A stretch of 63,961 nucleotides of DNA from Treponema sp. (GCA_024693915.1 JAILKG010000057.1:1-63961), one strand, 5' to 3'; counted from the first letter of the stretch, positions 28,888-38,444 are shown. Notes: generated by a model from the sequence alone, not told the origin. Translations and numbers: made by a program.

Positions 28888-30072
28888 TTAGCTGCGCATT
28901 TCCTTTGCATTCTTCTTTCTGTAAAAGATTGCAAGGTTAATGATTTCTTCGCTATGAGGAATAAAAATTTTTCCCTCCACCTGCTTCAGCTTAATTTCTG
29001 TCTGAATCTGACTGATTACTTCTGATTTCTGTCCGTCTGGAACAGCGCACATATTGAGCAGGTCATGAATTGTTAGTTCTGTCTGATACTGACCGCTTGT
29101 AACTCTGGCTTTTTCAAGCTGAAGGGCCAGCATATCGATTGCCTTGTAAAGAGGCTTGTGAAGAAGAGCATTGTCCAGCTGACGGTACATTGACCAGAGA
29201 CGCTCAGACAAAGTTACGGTAAGACGGGAAATCAGCTGTGGCTGACTTGTTACCATCTGATCAAAGTTCTGTCTGTTTACAACCATCAGGCGGCAGACTT
29301 CATTTGCAATTGCACTGGCTGAACGAGGTTTATTTTCCAGAAGAGCCATTTCACCAAACATATCACCCTTGTGAAGAACGGCAAGAACAACTTCTTCTCC
29401 GTCCACAACTTTGGAAATTGCAACCTGTCCTTCCTGAATTACGAACATTTCGGCACCACTCTGACTTTCAGACATAATCATTGTGCCCTTTGGATAAATT
29501 CGGGTCAAATCAGGAGTTGGTTCCAGAAAAACAGCCTTGCTTATAGTTCGATAGGCAGAAAACTTCTTTAAAGCCTCGTTGCGGTGAAGACCATTAGGGC
29601 ATTCCTTTACATAGCGGTAATATGCGTAAGAGGCAATTGAAACTTCCTCTTTTTTATCATAACAGCAGGCAACATCGTAAATGTGCTCCGGAGTGTCCTG
29701 AGAAACAGTCCTTAAAGAATATTTCATCAGTTCTTCATTCATCATGCGCATTCGTGTAGCAAAAGTTCTGATGATTTTTAAAGCGATTGGTGTATTGGCT
29801 GCAATCAAATCAGAATACTGATCCTTCAAAACAGAGATACATTTTACATCTGTCAGCGCTTCAACGTTTTCAATCTGGGCATGACCAGACATACAGGAAA
29901 TAACGCCAACAAAATCTCCAGGACCGAGTTTTCTGCCGCTAGTCTCCGGACTATTAGATTTGAAGCATCTTACATTTCCAGACTGAATAATATAAAAACG
30001 GTCACAATTTTCCCGACCTTCAACCAGAAGATAATTTCCAGCCTTGATATTTACGAATGACAACTGCAACAC
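28888..30072 (-). CDS. Dual cNMP-binding-domain protein (Crp/Fnr-like), paralog 1
   Basis: Colinear with paralog 2; GTG 30072 (MLQLSFV) matches the paralog start and has a GAGGTG SD. Confidence 0.85.
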   Translation of the reverse strand: MLQLSFVNIKAGNYLLVEGRENCDRFYIIQSGNVRCFKSNSPETSGRKLGPGDFVGVISCMSGHAQIENVEALTDVKCISVLKDQYSDLIAANTPIALKIIRTFATRMRMMNEELMKYSLRTVSQDTPEHIYDVACCYDKKEEVSIASYAYYRYVKECPNGLHRNEALKKFSAYRTISKAVFLEPTPDLTRIYPKGTMIMSESQSGAEMFVIQEGQVAISKVVDGEEVVLAVLHKGDMFGEMALLENKPRSASAIANEVCRLMVVNRQNFDQMVTSQPQLISRLTVTLSERLWSMYRQLDNALLHKPLYKAIDMLALQLEKARVTSGQYQTELTIHDLLNMCAVPDGQKSEVISQIQTEIKLKQVEGKIFIPHSEEIINLAIFYRKKNAKEMRS

Positions 30073-30137
30073 TTCAAACACCTCTCGATTCTGTTATAAG
30101 CAGGCAGGAATGGCATTTTTATCCCGCCTGTCAGGTA

Positions 30138-31079
30138 TTAATAGAAAATAATCTCAGGTTCTAAAACAAAACCTTTTTTATCTCTAACAGTATTAACGAC
30201 ATATTCCACAAGATTTTTTACATCTTTTTGCGTTGCGCCACCTAAATTTATGATAAAATTTCCATGAAAAGGAGCAACCTGAGCGTTTCCGATTCTGTAA
30301 CCCCTCAATCCACAGTCATCAACGATTTTTCCACTTGGAAAACCGAAAGCTCTGTTATTCTTAAAAACACTTCCGGCACTTGGAAAATCAAAATGCCCCC
30401 GTTTTTTTCTTTCCTGAATATAAAAAAAATTTTCATCCTTAAGGGTATTTATTTCCGATTCCGGACATTTTTTTAATGAAAAAACAGCCTGAAGAATAAT
30501 TTTGTTTTTATGCTGAAAAGGGGAAAGCTTGTAATCCCATTCTTCAGCCCTAAAGGGAACTTCTTCGCAATCAAAAGTTTCCGTATCAAAAACATATGCG
30601 CTGACAAGAAGGTTACTGATTGAAGTTTCAAAACAGCGGGCATTCATGTAAACTGCTCCGCCCACACTTCCAGGGAGGCCTGCAAAACGCTCTAAACCCC
30701 GCAAGCCCTTCTGGCTGCAAAAATTAACAAGATTTTCCATGCTTTCGCCGGCAGAAGCGCAGACATAGACGCTTTCACCGCCTTCCAGCTCATCTGTGTA
30801 AATACCCTTCATTCCCTGAGTACTTAAAACAATTCCGTCAAAATATTCGTCCTTAAAAACAACGTTGCTGGCACCGCCAAGGAGAATTACAGGGATTTTG
30901 TATTTTTTTGAGAGGGCAATTATATCCTGAAGCTGAAAAGTGTCTTCCGGTTCAACAAAAACAGCAGCCTTTCCGCCGATTTTAAACGTAGTTCTTGGTG
31001 CAATTTCTTCATCAAATAAAATTTTTGAAGAAAAGCCTGTTTTTTTAATAAAATTCTGCACTACGTTCTTTGTATCCAT
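30138..31079 (-). CDS. murB: UDP-N-acetylenolpyruvoylglucosamine reductase
   Basis: TTFKIGG, LGGASN, GLPGSVGGAVYMNA, SAGSVFKN, HGNFIIN, LEPE. Confidence 0.95.
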   Translation of the reverse strand: MDTKNVVQNFIKKTGFSSKILFDEEIAPRTTFKIGGKAAVFVEPEDTFQLQDIIALSKKYKIPVILLGGASNVVFKDEYFDGIVLSTQGMKGIYTDELEGGESVYVCASAGESMENLVNFCSQKGLRGLERFAGLPGSVGGAVYMNARCFETSISNLLVSAYVFDTETFDCEEVPFRAEEWDYKLSPFQHKNKIILQAVFSLKKCPESEINTLKDENFFYIQERKKRGHFDFPSAGSVFKNNRAFGFPSGKIVDDCGLRGYRIGNAQVAPFHGNFIINLGGATQKDVKNLVEYVVNTVRDKKGFVLEPEIIFY

Positions 31080-31380
31080 AATATATAATTTACACTTTTT
31101 TTGACTTTCATACTAGTAGGACCAGCAGGGCAAAAGCAATATAAATAAACTGTGTAAAAAAACTGTTAAGGTCTGCGTACCACGATCCAAAAAACACCGG
31201 CCGTGAGGGAAAGCCCGGAGCAGCCTGTGGGTGGAATAGGGCGCGCGCAAGCAAAGCCCGTGCCGGCCCTATATCATAACAGCAGGAATCAGGATTCATT
31301 TCCCATTTACCCTGCCACCTCTTCCACCGGTGGCCCACACTCCCACACGCTGACTTCTACCCTCCACTAAGTCCCCTGTC

Positions 31381-31409
31381 TTGAAATTCGCACTTCTTCT
31401 CTATAAAAT
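31381..31409 (+). promoter_or_regulatory. sigma70 promoter of proS, predicted leaderless
   Basis: TTGAAA-N17-TAAAAT-N8-ATG; no SD. Confidence 0.7.
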
Positions 31410-31417
31410 AGTGCATT

Positions 31418-33229
31418 ATGAAAGCATCAAAATTTATTATTTCAACTTTACGCGACGCTCCAAACGACGCCGTAATTTCAAGCCATCAGCTTATGATGAG
31501 GAGCGGAATGCTCAGAAAACTGGGAAACGGACTTTATTCATATATGCCTTTAGGTTTCCGTTCATTTACAAAATTACAGGCAATCATCAGACAGGAATTA
31601 GACAGAGCGGGAATGCTCGAAATGAAACCAACAGTAATTCAGCCGGGAGATCTCTGGAAAGAATCAGGCCGCTGGGAAAAAATGGGCGACGAAATGCTCA
31701 AAGCTCAGAACCGTGGCGGACAGGACATGGTAGTAAGCCCAACAGCCGAAGAAGCCTTCACCGCACTTGTTCGCGAAGGACTTTCTTCATACAAGCAGCT
31801 TCCATTCACCCTTTACCAGATAAACACAAAATACCGTGACGAAATCCGCCCGCGCTACGGCGTAATGAGAGGCCGTGAGTTTACAATGATGGACGCCTAC
31901 TCTTTCGACAAAGACCAGACCGACCTGGATAATTCTTACGAAAACGCAGCCGCCGCTTACCGCCGCATTTTTAAGCGTCTGGGATTAAAAACAATTTCAG
32001 TAAAAGCAGATACAGGTGCCATGGGTGGTTCAGGCTCAGAAGAATTCATGATAGAAAGCGAAGTTGGTGACGATACCCTCATCCTCTGCCCTAACTGCTC
32101 TTACGCCGCAAACGTAGAGAAAGCTGCCTGCGCAAAGGAAACTCCTCTGGATTCCAATGGAAAACCTCAGGTAAAAACAGACAGCCCGATTGAAGAAGTT
32201 GCCACACCAAACGTTTTCTCCATCGAAGACATGGAAAAATTCTTCGGCGAAAAATCAAGCCGCTTCCTAAAAGCCCTCATCTACAAGGTTTACAACTCAT
32301 CTCTTGACCTTTCAAAAGCACCGGGCGCAGAAGCCTTCAAAAAAGAAACTGACGGCTCCGGAGAATTCTACCCGGAAAGCTTTGTCTGCGTACTTATCCG
32401 CGGCGACCTGGATGTAAACGAAACAAAACTTGCCGCCGTCCTCAAGGCAAGCGGCGCAGAACTGGCAGAAGCAGAAGATGTTGTCCGCCTGTCCGGCGCT
32501 CCTCACGGTTTTGTAGGACCAGTTGGCTTAAAGCTCCCTGTTATCGCTGACGAAAGCACTGTTGAAATGCACGACTGTTTTGCAGGAGCCGGAAAAGAAG
32601 GTTTCCACTTAAAGCACGTAGAACCAGGACGGGATTTCACCGCCTTTATGACAGCTGATGTTCGAACAGTAGTTCCTGGGGACAAGTGCCCTGACTGCGG
32701 CGGAACTTTCTACATGAAAAAAGGAAACGAACTTGGACACATCTTCAAGCTGGGAACAAAATACACCAAATCCATGAACGTTACCTACCTTGACCAGAAC
32801 GCAAAACCTGTAACTCCTGTTATGGGCTGCTATGGAATCGGTGTTGACCGAACTCTGGCAAGTATTATCGAGGCTCATCACGACGACGACGGAATCATCT
32901 GGCCAATGACAGTAGCTCCTTTCCAGGTTGCCCTAGTGCCAGTAAAATACGACGGGGCAATGAAAGAAACAGCAGACAAAATCTACCAGGCCCTTGAAAA
33001 TGCCGGAATCGAAGTTCTTCTGGACGACAGAAACGAGCGCCCTGGCGTTAAATTCAAGGATGCCGACCTGATTGGTTTCCCTGTTCGCGTTGTAATCGGC
33101 GAAAAAAATCTTCCAAATGTAGAAATCAAGCTTCGCAAAGAAAAAGAAAGCAAGCTTGTTCCTGCAGAAGAAGCCGCTTCCCTGATTATCAAAACCGTTC
33201 AGGAAGAACTTTCCCAGTTGAACAGCTAG
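31418..33229 (+). CDS. proS: Proline-tRNA ligase (bacterial type with editing domain)
   Basis: YRDEIRPRYGVMRGREF, GHIFKLG, MGCYGIG, anticodon-binding domain. Confidence 0.97.
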   Translation: MKASKFIISTLRDAPNDAVISSHQLMMRSGMLRKLGNGLYSYMPLGFRSFTKLQAIIRQELDRAGMLEMKPTVIQPGDLWKESGRWEKMGDEMLKAQNRGGQDMVVSPTAEEAFTALVREGLSSYKQLPFTLYQINTKYRDEIRPRYGVMRGREFTMMDAYSFDKDQTDLDNSYENAAAAYRRIFKRLGLKTISVKADTGAMGGSGSEEFMIESEVGDDTLILCPNCSYAANVEKAACAKETPLDSNGKPQVKTDSPIEEVATPNVFSIEDMEKFFGEKSSRFLKALIYKVYNSSLDLSKAPGAEAFKKETDGSGEFYPESFVCVLIRGDLDVNETKLAAVLKASGAELAEAEDVVRLSGAPHGFVGPVGLKLPVIADESTVEMHDCFAGAGKEGFHLKHVEPGRDFTAFMTADVRTVVPGDKCPDCGGTFYMKKGNELGHIFKLGTKYTKSMNVTYLDQNAKPVTPVMGCYGIGVDRTLASIIEAHHDDDGIIWPMTVAPFQVALVPVKYDGAMKETADKIYQALENAGIEVLLDDRNERPGVKFKDADLIGFPVRVVIGEKNLPNVEIKLRKEKESKLVPAEEAASLIIKTVQEELSQLNS

Positions 33230-33243
33230 AAAATACAGAAACA

Positions 33244-33397
33244 CAAAGGTAGCAAAAAACAGCATACAGGAGGGGCACCTGCCCCTCGCTCCCAAGTCGA
33301 AAAAGTTCCAGAAAAGCTCCCGCTTTTCTTCCCCTTTCCCGGCTTGTCCGCTACCCCCTCTAGCGGGGGAATATTTCATTCCCCCGCAACGCCCCCT
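33244..33397 (-). repeat. Family B copy B3
   Basis: Shares GCCCCTCGCTCCCAAG and CCCGGCTTGTCCGCTACCCCCTCTAGCGGGGG with B1. Confidence 0.85.
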
Positions 33398-33417
33398 TTC
33401 TTTAAGAGGTAATTCAA

Positions 33418-34611
33418 ATGAAAAGACTATTAACTATTCTTTCCCTTCTTACTTTATCCTTTACAGCTTTTTCCCTTCCAGGTTTTACGCCTTTTATTCA
33501 GGACACTCCCGGTTCCTATGTATGGTACCAGGACTTTACCTTCCAGAGGGAATCCTATGTAGGATTTTTAACTTTTGACCAGTCCACCTACCAGGCCCGC
33601 TACTACGCTCCTCAGAATGCAAAGGCAAAACTCCCTGAAAAAGATATTAAAATCTATTTTTCCCTTAACCCGGAAAGTGACCATATTGAACTCACCGGCG
33701 AAAGGGTTATGGCGGGAGCAAGCCAGGAAGACACAGAAATCGTAAATTACCTTCACGACATGATTTACGAGCTGAATGCCCGCCGAATAAAGGCAGGAGA
33801 TATTTTTGCTCAAACTGAAAGCGGCTCTTCTGAGATGGCTTCAAGTGGGGATTCAAAAGTGGCTTCAAAGCTGACTACTCAGGCGACCACAGAAGATTTT
33901 CTTAACTCTGGCAAATGCGTCCGTGATAATTTTCCTCAGTTTGGTGGAGATGTAAATATTATCTACGATTTTCTTGTTCCCCTTTTCAATGTAAAAAGCA
34001 TACAGGGACCAGAAGGAAAAACAGAACTTGGCATTCTTACCTGTGGCCGCATTCAGGACAGCCAGGACAGCTCATTTGACAGCTTCACAGGTTTCCCTGA
34101 AAAATTCCCTTCAAAAAAACACGGCTTTAAATTGTCCAAAAAAGCAGAAAGTCTTACTTTTACTTCCCAGGATGGTCAGACAATCGCTTTAGACTCAAAC
34201 TGGTCCCAGTCCATGGAAAACCTCTGGCTTTTAGGTGATGCAGCCTTAATTTCCGCAGGCTTAATTTCAAAGTCTAATGTAGCCCAGAAGGGGGATTTTT
34301 CAGAAGAAAAAGCCATTGCCTTTATCTTACGCCAGCTTACCTTCTCTTCAAGCTCCTCCTACACAGACTGGAGAAAAGTGGAAATACAAAATTACAATCT
34401 TCTGTTAAATGGCGGCTTAAAAGCTGCAGATTCCTTCAAAATTTCTGCAAATATCTGGCAAAAAGAAAGTCAGAACCTTACAAAAAGCGTAAAAATCATC
34501 ACAGCCAAAAATGGCGGCTACGCATTTTTTACATTCACTGTTTTCCAGAATATTTATCAGAAAAACCAGAAGTACTTTGACTCAATACTAAAAAGCTATA
34601 AGGCTGAATAA
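33418..34611 (+). CDS. Hypothetical exported protein
   Basis: Signal peptide; SD GAGG; no family recognised. Confidence 0.75.
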   Translation: MKRLLTILSLLTLSFTAFSLPGFTPFIQDTPGSYVWYQDFTFQRESYVGFLTFDQSTYQARYYAPQNAKAKLPEKDIKIYFSLNPESDHIELTGERVMAGASQEDTEIVNYLHDMIYELNARRIKAGDIFAQTESGSSEMASSGDSKVASKLTTQATTEDFLNSGKCVRDNFPQFGGDVNIIYDFLVPLFNVKSIQGPEGKTELGILTCGRIQDSQDSSFDSFTGFPEKFPSKKHGFKLSKKAESLTFTSQDGQTIALDSNWSQSMENLWLLGDAALISAGLISKSNVAQKGDFSEEKAIAFILRQLTFSSSSSYTDWRKVEIQNYNLLLNGGLKAADSFKISANIWQKESQNLTKSVKIITAKNGGYAFFTFTVFQNIYQKNQKYFDSILKSYKAE

Positions 34612-34612
34612 A

Positions 34613-34676
34613 TAAAAAGGCTGCCACCATAATTGAGAAGCACACGGCGCTTCAATTACAGGGCAGCCATTTTTTA
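34613..34676. terminator. Long bidirectional terminator-like hairpin
   Basis: TAAAAA-GGCTGCC...GGCAGCC-ATTTTTT between convergent genes. Confidence 0.6.
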
Positions 34677-34783
34677 TGTTTTTTTAATTCTTTTTAATGG
34701 TATGGCGACGCCTGAAGGCATTTTTTCATTCTTTTTGCTTGATTTCCGTCATTTTACTTTTGCCGAAAAGTTAAAAGCTTATA

Positions 34784-35653
34784 TTAAAAGGAACTTCTTG
34801 CCAGCGGTGTTCCAATCCACTGTCCTTCGCTTCCAAGATAATCTTTCTTTTCTCCTTCAATCAGGAACTGAACGCTTCTTACAGTCTGAAATTCCGTTGC
34901 AGTATAGACAATCTGCATCAGCTGACCGATGTAACCTTCAACTCCAAAAGTATTAAACTCAAAATTTTCACTGAAATTCAGGGTGGCCGTTCCATTTTTT
35001 ACGCTGGCACCCAAAAGACGGGTTCCCGCTGGAATCAGACTTACAAAATCCTTGCCTCTTTCATCCACAGAAGGCCCTTTCAGCAGGGCATTTATAGAAT
35101 CAGTTAGAGGACTGTCAGATTTTTCCAGAGTTCGCTTTGTACTCTTTCTACTGATGCTTCCATCAGAATCAATGGAAACAAAATAAAGGGTAATTTCAGT
35201 TTTTTTAGGAACCTGAACAGAAGATTTTTCTTCAACCTTTGGCTTAACTTCCCCTGCAGACTGATTTTTTACAGGATTTTCCTCTTTTTTTGGAGAATTT
35301 TCAGCTTCCGGCTTTTTTTCTTCAATAATTTCTACATTCTGGCTTTTCTGCATCTCCGATTCAGGAACTTTATTTGCTTCAGTTCCAGTTACTTCGGAAT
35401 ACTTTCCGCCAGAAGGCTCTTTTGCTCCCAGCAAATTTAATTCTTCACCAGCTTTATTGTCTTCATTTTTAGCAATAAATTCAGGAGTTTTTCCAAAAAC
35501 CCGTCCAAAAAAATCCGTATCTTCCAGGTTCTGCTTTATCTGATTGCGCTTTGCAAAAAAGACCACCAGCAAAAGCACAAAAATCAAAAACCAGAAAATG
35601 ATTAAAAGGTAATTACTCTTTTTTTTATTATTTTTACTTGCTTTCTTTGCCAT
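34784..35653 (-). CDS. Membrane-anchored GerMN-domain protein
   Basis: TM anchor, disordered linker, LLKGP...SLIPAGTRLL...QIVYTATEF..V.SVQFLIEG. Confidence 0.85.
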   Translation of the reverse strand: MAKKASKNNKKKSNYLLIIFWFLIFVLLLVVFFAKRNQIKQNLEDTDFFGRVFGKTPEFIAKNEDNKAGEELNLLGAKEPSGGKYSEVTGTEANKVPESEMQKSQNVEIIEEKKPEAENSPKKEENPVKNQSAGEVKPKVEEKSSVQVPKKTEITLYFVSIDSDGSISRKSTKRTLEKSDSPLTDSINALLKGPSVDERGKDFVSLIPAGTRLLGASVKNGTATLNFSENFEFNTFGVEGYIGQLMQIVYTATEFQTVRSVQFLIEGEKKDYLGSEGQWIGTPLARSSF

Positions 35654-35660
35654 ATTTCAC

Positions 35661-35687
35661 TTATCGGCATTTTTCAGATGATTTTTA
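35661..35687 (-). promoter_or_regulatory. sigma28 (FliA) promoter
   Basis: TAAA-N15-GCCGATAA, an exact consensus match, 7 nt before the ATG. Confidence 0.75.
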
Positions 35688-35696
35688 GATTTTTTT

Positions 35697-35811
35697 GGGC
35701 GCGAACTTTTCTTCCTACGGGCCTTCCAGGGCTACCCTCACGGTCGGTGCTTCGCACTGCCTTAAACTTTTCATAAAGCAAAGTTTAAGGCACCCTTCCA
35801 CGCCCGCGCGC
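35697..35811 (+). repeat. Family A copy A2
   Basis: CTAC-GGGC-CTTCC-AGGG ... CCCT-TCCAC-GCCCG. Confidence 0.8.
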
Positions 35812-35828
35812 AAAGATTTTTTTCAAAT

Positions 35829-35873
35829 AAAAAAAGCTCCCGCTTCTGAAGTGCACTTCATTCCACGGGAGTT
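35829..35873 (-). terminator. nfnB terminator with a 14-bp insertion in its loop
   Basis: GCTCCCG/CGGGAGT stem followed by a T-tract on the minus strand. Confidence 0.6.
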
Positions 35874-35969
35874 CATTGTTATAGTGATTTTGTCAGTTCC
35901 CTCAACAAGTTCAGGAACCTCTAAAGGCTGACAAGGGCTCGCTCAAAGTACACCCATTCACCGCAAAAA

Positions 35970-37454
35970 TTATTTTGCAAGATATTCGTTGATTGCGGCA
36001 GCAGCTTTTCTTCCTTCGCCCATCGCTAGGATTACTGTTGCGGCACCAAGAACGATGTCTCCACCGGCCCAGACTTTTGTCTTGCTTGTAGCCTGGCTTT
36101 CATCAACAATAATGTGGCCTTTTGCATCCTGATTCAAACCTGGTGTAGTCTTAACAAGAAGTGGGTTAGAACCGTTTCCAAGAGCTACGATCATTGCATC
36201 GCATTCGATTTCGTGCTCGCTGCCAGGAATTGCAACAGGTGAGCGGCGGCCAGAAGCATCTGGTTCACCAAGTTCATAAGAAAGAACTTTTACACCGCGC
36301 ACCTTGCCGTCTTCAGTTCCAAGAACTTCAACAGGATTTTCAAGGAAGCGGAAGTTTACTCCTTCTTCCTCAGCGTGAGCAATTTCTTCAAGACGAGCTG
36401 GCATTTCGTTTCTTGTTCGGCGGTAAACGATATCAACCTGTTCTGCGCCAAGACGGTAAGCCATGCGGGCAGCGTCCATAGCAACGTTTCCGGCGCCACA
36501 AACTACAACGTGCTTTGCTTCGTAGATTGGAGTTGCAGCGTGTTCTTTATCGTAACCCTTCATAAGGTTTGCACGGGTAAGATATTCGTTAGCAGAGAAT
36601 ACACCGATAAGGTTTTCTCCAGGAATGCGCATAAACTTAGGAAGTCCGGCACCTGTTCCAACGAATGCAGCGTCAAAGCCCTTTTCTTCAAGAAGCTGGT
36701 CCAGAGTATCTGTTCGGCCAACAAGGAAGTTCATTTCAAACTTAACGCCCATTTTCTTAAGGTTGTCGATTTCATTCTGAACAATTGCCTTTGGAAGACG
36801 GAATTCAGGGATTCCGTACATCATAACGCCACCGGCTTTGTGGAAAGCTTCAAATACAGTTACTTGGTGGCCGGCGCGGGCACAGTCAGCTGCAACAGTA
36901 AGACCTGCAGGACCTGCACCGATGATTGCAACTTTCTTTCCTGTTTTAGCAGCAATTGTTGGCATTGTAACCTTGTTGTTTTCTCTTTCCCAGTCAGCAA
37001 CAAAGCGTTCAAGACGACCGATGGAAACTGCTTTTTCAGCAGATTTGTAAACTTTTCCAACTGTACAAACGCCCTGACACTGTTTTTCCTGAGGACAAAC
37101 GCGTCCACAAATTGCAGGAAGAAGGGAAGTTTCCTTGATTGTATCTACAGCGCCCTTAAAATCTCTGGCTGCAACTTTTGCGATGAACTGAGGAATTTTT
37201 ACTCCTACAGGACAGCCACTGATACAAGGCATATTTTTACACTGAAGACAACGATTTGCTTCAACAACTGCCTGAGCCTCTGTGTAACCTAAAGCAACTT
37301 CTGCCATCTGGCGGGCGCGGGCTTTTGGCTCACGGCTTGGCATTTCCTGCTGAGGAATAGCCATACGGTCTTTATTTGCAAGTTCCTTGCCGTCAATTTT
37401 AGCAAGTTCGTCCTTTGCGATTTTATCTAATTCTTCTATAGTCTTGTGTGCCAT
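35970..37454 (-). CDS. nfnB: NfnB / SudA (glutamate synthase beta-like) subunit
   Basis: RCLQC..CISGCP, CGRVCPQEKQC, GAGPAG, GAGNVAMD; adjacent to nfnA, with no GltB large subunit nearby. Confidence 0.85.
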   Translation of the reverse strand: MAHKTIEELDKIAKDELAKIDGKELANKDRMAIPQQEMPSREPKARARQMAEVALGYTEAQAVVEANRCLQCKNMPCISGCPVGVKIPQFIAKVAARDFKGAVDTIKETSLLPAICGRVCPQEKQCQGVCTVGKVYKSAEKAVSIGRLERFVADWERENNKVTMPTIAAKTGKKVAIIGAGPAGLTVAADCARAGHQVTVFEAFHKAGGVMMYGIPEFRLPKAIVQNEIDNLKKMGVKFEMNFLVGRTDTLDQLLEEKGFDAAFVGTGAGLPKFMRIPGENLIGVFSANEYLTRANLMKGYDKEHAATPIYEAKHVVVCGAGNVAMDAARMAYRLGAEQVDIVYRRTRNEMPARLEEIAHAEEEGVNFRFLENPVEVLGTEDGKVRGVKVLSYELGEPDASGRRSPVAIPGSEHEIECDAMIVALGNGSNPLLVKTTPGLNQDAKGHIIVDESQATSKTKVWAGGDIVLGAATVILAMGEGRKAAAAINEYLAK

Positions 37455-37468
37455 TTGTAATTCCTTTC

Positions 37469-37556
37469 GCTGGTTGAGTAGGGCTTGCCCGTATCGAAAC
37501 CAGCATACTTTTCATCAGGTGATTTCGATACGACTTTCAGTCTACTCAATCACCAG
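37469..37556. repeat. REPIN-like inverted doublet, family E copy E2
   Basis: GCTGGTTGAGTAG..GTATCGAAACCAGC and GGTGATTTCGATAC..CTACTCAATCACC. Confidence 0.75.
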
Positions 37557-37558
37557 AT

Positions 37559-38413
37559 TTATTTTGCCAACTTGTCGGCTGCGGCCTGCATGCGGCATTT
37601 GTGAGCTTCTTCTACAGGCTTAAAGCTCTTCATTCGCATCATCATGTTATCCCAGTCAACCTGATGAGCATCAAATTCAGGACCGTCTACACAAACGAAC
37701 TTCATTTCGCCGCCAACAGTTACACGACAGCCACCACACATACCTGTTCCGTCGATCATGATTGTGTTCAAAGAAACAGTTGTTGGAACATTGTAAGGCT
37801 TTGTAGTAAGTGCACAGAATTTCATCATGATTGGAGGGCCAATTGCGATTACTTCTGCAGGTGGGCACTGACTTTCACACATTTCCTTAAGAGGAACTGT
37901 AGAAACACCCTGGCGTCCGGCAGAACCATCGTCTGTCATGATGATAACTTCGTCAGCAATTGCCTTCATTTCGTCTACATAAATAAGCAGATCCTTTGTT
38001 CTGGCTGCGATTACAACGATAACTTTATTTCCGATTGCCTTATGAGCCTGAACGATTGGATAACAAGGTGCAACACCGAATCCACCGCCAACAACTACAA
38101 CAGGTCCGTCTTTCTTTTCAATTACACTTGGATTTCCCAGTGGTCCAAGAAGAGCAGCTAATTCGTCACCCTCTTTCAATTCTGCCAGTTTCATAGTTGT
38201 AGCGCCAACAGCCTGGAAAGCAAGGGCAATCCAGCCTTCCTCTGCATTTGCATCTGCGATTGTAAGTGGAATTCTTTCTCCAAATTCAGCATCCACCTGA
38301 AGGATGATAAACTGTCCGGCTTTGCGGTTGCGAGCAATTTCTGGAGCCATAACCTTCATATACCAGGTTGCAGAAGCTCCACAAAGCTTGCGTTTTTCAA
38401 TAATTTTAAACAT
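37559..38413 (-). CDS. nfnA: NfnA / SudB ferredoxin-NADP reductase-like subunit
   Basis: ERIPLTI, GPLG, DGTGMCGGCRV, CVDGPEF. Confidence 0.88.
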   Translation of the reverse strand: MFKIIEKRKLCGASATWYMKVMAPEIARNRKAGQFIILQVDAEFGERIPLTIADANAEEGWIALAFQAVGATTMKLAELKEGDELAALLGPLGNPSVIEKKDGPVVVVGGGFGVAPCYPIVQAHKAIGNKVIVVIAARTKDLLIYVDEMKAIADEVIIMTDDGSAGRQGVSTVPLKEMCESQCPPAEVIAIGPPIMMKFCALTTKPYNVPTTVSLNTIMIDGTGMCGGCRVTVGGEMKFVCVDGPEFDAHQVDWDNMMMRMKSFKPVEEAHKCRMQAAADKLAK

Positions 38414-38444
38414 CTTAAGTCCTCTTAAAATGGGTATTACTTCA

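Noticed and set aside
31226-31245. Possible T-box upstream of proS (GGGTGGAA)
   Set aside because: Lacks the ACC continuation, stem I and a terminator; proS has its own promoter directly before the ATG.
36375-37292. 305-aa + strand ORF, and similar antisense ORFs at 59108-59962, 37601-38161, 41072-41653, 42611-43189 and 44332-44823
   Set aside because: Antisense shadows of well-supported genes; no motifs or RBS.
35970-37454. Glutamate synthase small subunit (gltD)
   Set aside because: Paired with an NfnA/SudB gene and no large subunit, so NfnAB is the better call.
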